A stretch of 64,000 nt of DNA from Octopus sinensis (Eukaryota), in NCBI RefSeq assembly GCF_006345805.1, contig NC_042998.1, forward strand, positions 992,001 through 1,056,000, written 5' to 3'. The position numbers were made by a program, and so were the translations under genes. The notes under the pieces are model-generated. The model was given only the letters and a program-made list of their open reading frames with translations, did no database searches and was not told the DNA's origin. Positions 63,105-64,000 of this stretch are shown here, piece by piece; positions within the stretch are counted from its first letter, which is position 1, and the number at the start of each line of letters is the position of its first letter.

Positions 63105-63488
63105 TTTCTACTAAAGGCACAAGGCCTGGAATTTGGATAAGTCGATTACATCGACCCTAGTGTTTTACTGCTACTTAATTTATCGACTTCGAAAGGATGA
63201 AAGGCAAAGTACACCTCCGTGACATTTGAGCTCAGAACGTAGCGTAGAGCGAAATGCCTATTTCTTTACTACCCACAAGGGGCTAAACACAGAGGGAACA
63301 AACAAGGACAGACGGATTAAGTCGATTACATCGACCCCAGTGCGTAACTGGCACTTATTTAATCGACCCCGAAAGGATGAAAGGCAAAGTCGACCTCGGT
63401 GGAATTTGAACTCAGAACGTAACGGCAGACGAAATACAGCTACGCATTTCGCCCGAAGCGCTAACATTTCTGCCAGCTCGCCGCCTTA
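63105..63488 (-). mobile_element. SINE group B internal dimer
   Basis: Two cores 180 bp apart with a linker. Confidence 0.88.
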
Positions 63489-63499
63489 CCTAAGTTATT

Positions 63500-63533
<34 letters not shown>

Positions 63534-63944
63534 CGTGTGCGTGTGTGATAAAAAAGTGAGAAAGGTATATTAATGTTGATCTTCAGTTTCAACGTCTGCA
63601 AGTCAACGACTGCATAAAAAAATTTTGGTTGGGGGAAAAAGAAAAAAAAATGTAGATCTGAGGATGAATGAGCAGGTATAGATGCTAGTGGAGAGATAGA
63701 GCTGAGGTGACAAAAAGGAATATAGACGGATATGCTGAGGGGCCTGCTTGATTGAAGATGGCGTGCAACTAGTTAGTTTCGAAGAACAGAGGCCTATTAA
63801 CTGTAATAGAATAATCAGAGGCAGGAGATAACGCGCATGCTACAGACAGCAGCACTGTGTATGTAAATGTTTACCACAATTTGTGTGTAACAGTTGTTGT
63901 AGGTAAAGCACTGTACCATAGATGTAGGGCCAATACTCATTTGT

Positions 63945-64000
63945 AGCAGGGCGGCGAGCTGGCAGAATCGTTAGCACGCCGGGCAAAATGCTTTGTGGCA
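63945..64000 (+). mobile_element. SINE group B head (runs off the window)
   Basis: gggcggcgagctggcagaatcgttagcacgccgggc. Confidence 0.85.

Overview
AT-rich, microsatellite-dense animal DNA, most likely from an octopus (inferred from the tRNA-derived SINE families and the very long (TA)n tracts; no database search was run). I cannot support any host protein-coding gene. Most ORFs in the supplied track come from microsatellites or low-complexity sequence, and the protein-like ones belong to transposons. The window reads as a gene desert or giant intron. It contains four tRNA-headed SINE groups (my labels A, B, C and D/F) and a near-full-length CR1-like LINE (54151-58020, minus) with a CCCH-finger ORF1 and an APE+RT ORF2. 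It also has four more CR1-like fragments, Dong/R4-, RTE- and Penelope-type RT remnants, hAT and Tc1/mariner MITEs, and one non-autonomous Helitron. The least explained structures cluster in (TA)n tracts. Two unrelated non-coding elements are partial tandems of an ~850-870 bp monomer and share a hammerhead-like stem-GAAA / 24 nt / CTGANGA layout (Penelope-like or retrozyme-like). There are also short Penelope-type ends with a variant hammerhead core, two ~60-100 bp-arm foldbacks, and a tail-to-tail LINE pair. Indel-dominated noise at 31-37 kb and 54-58 kb suggests imperfectly polished long-read sequence, so frameshifts and duplications there need read-level checks. Element boundaries are read by eye and are approximate unless a TSD or TIR is quoted.
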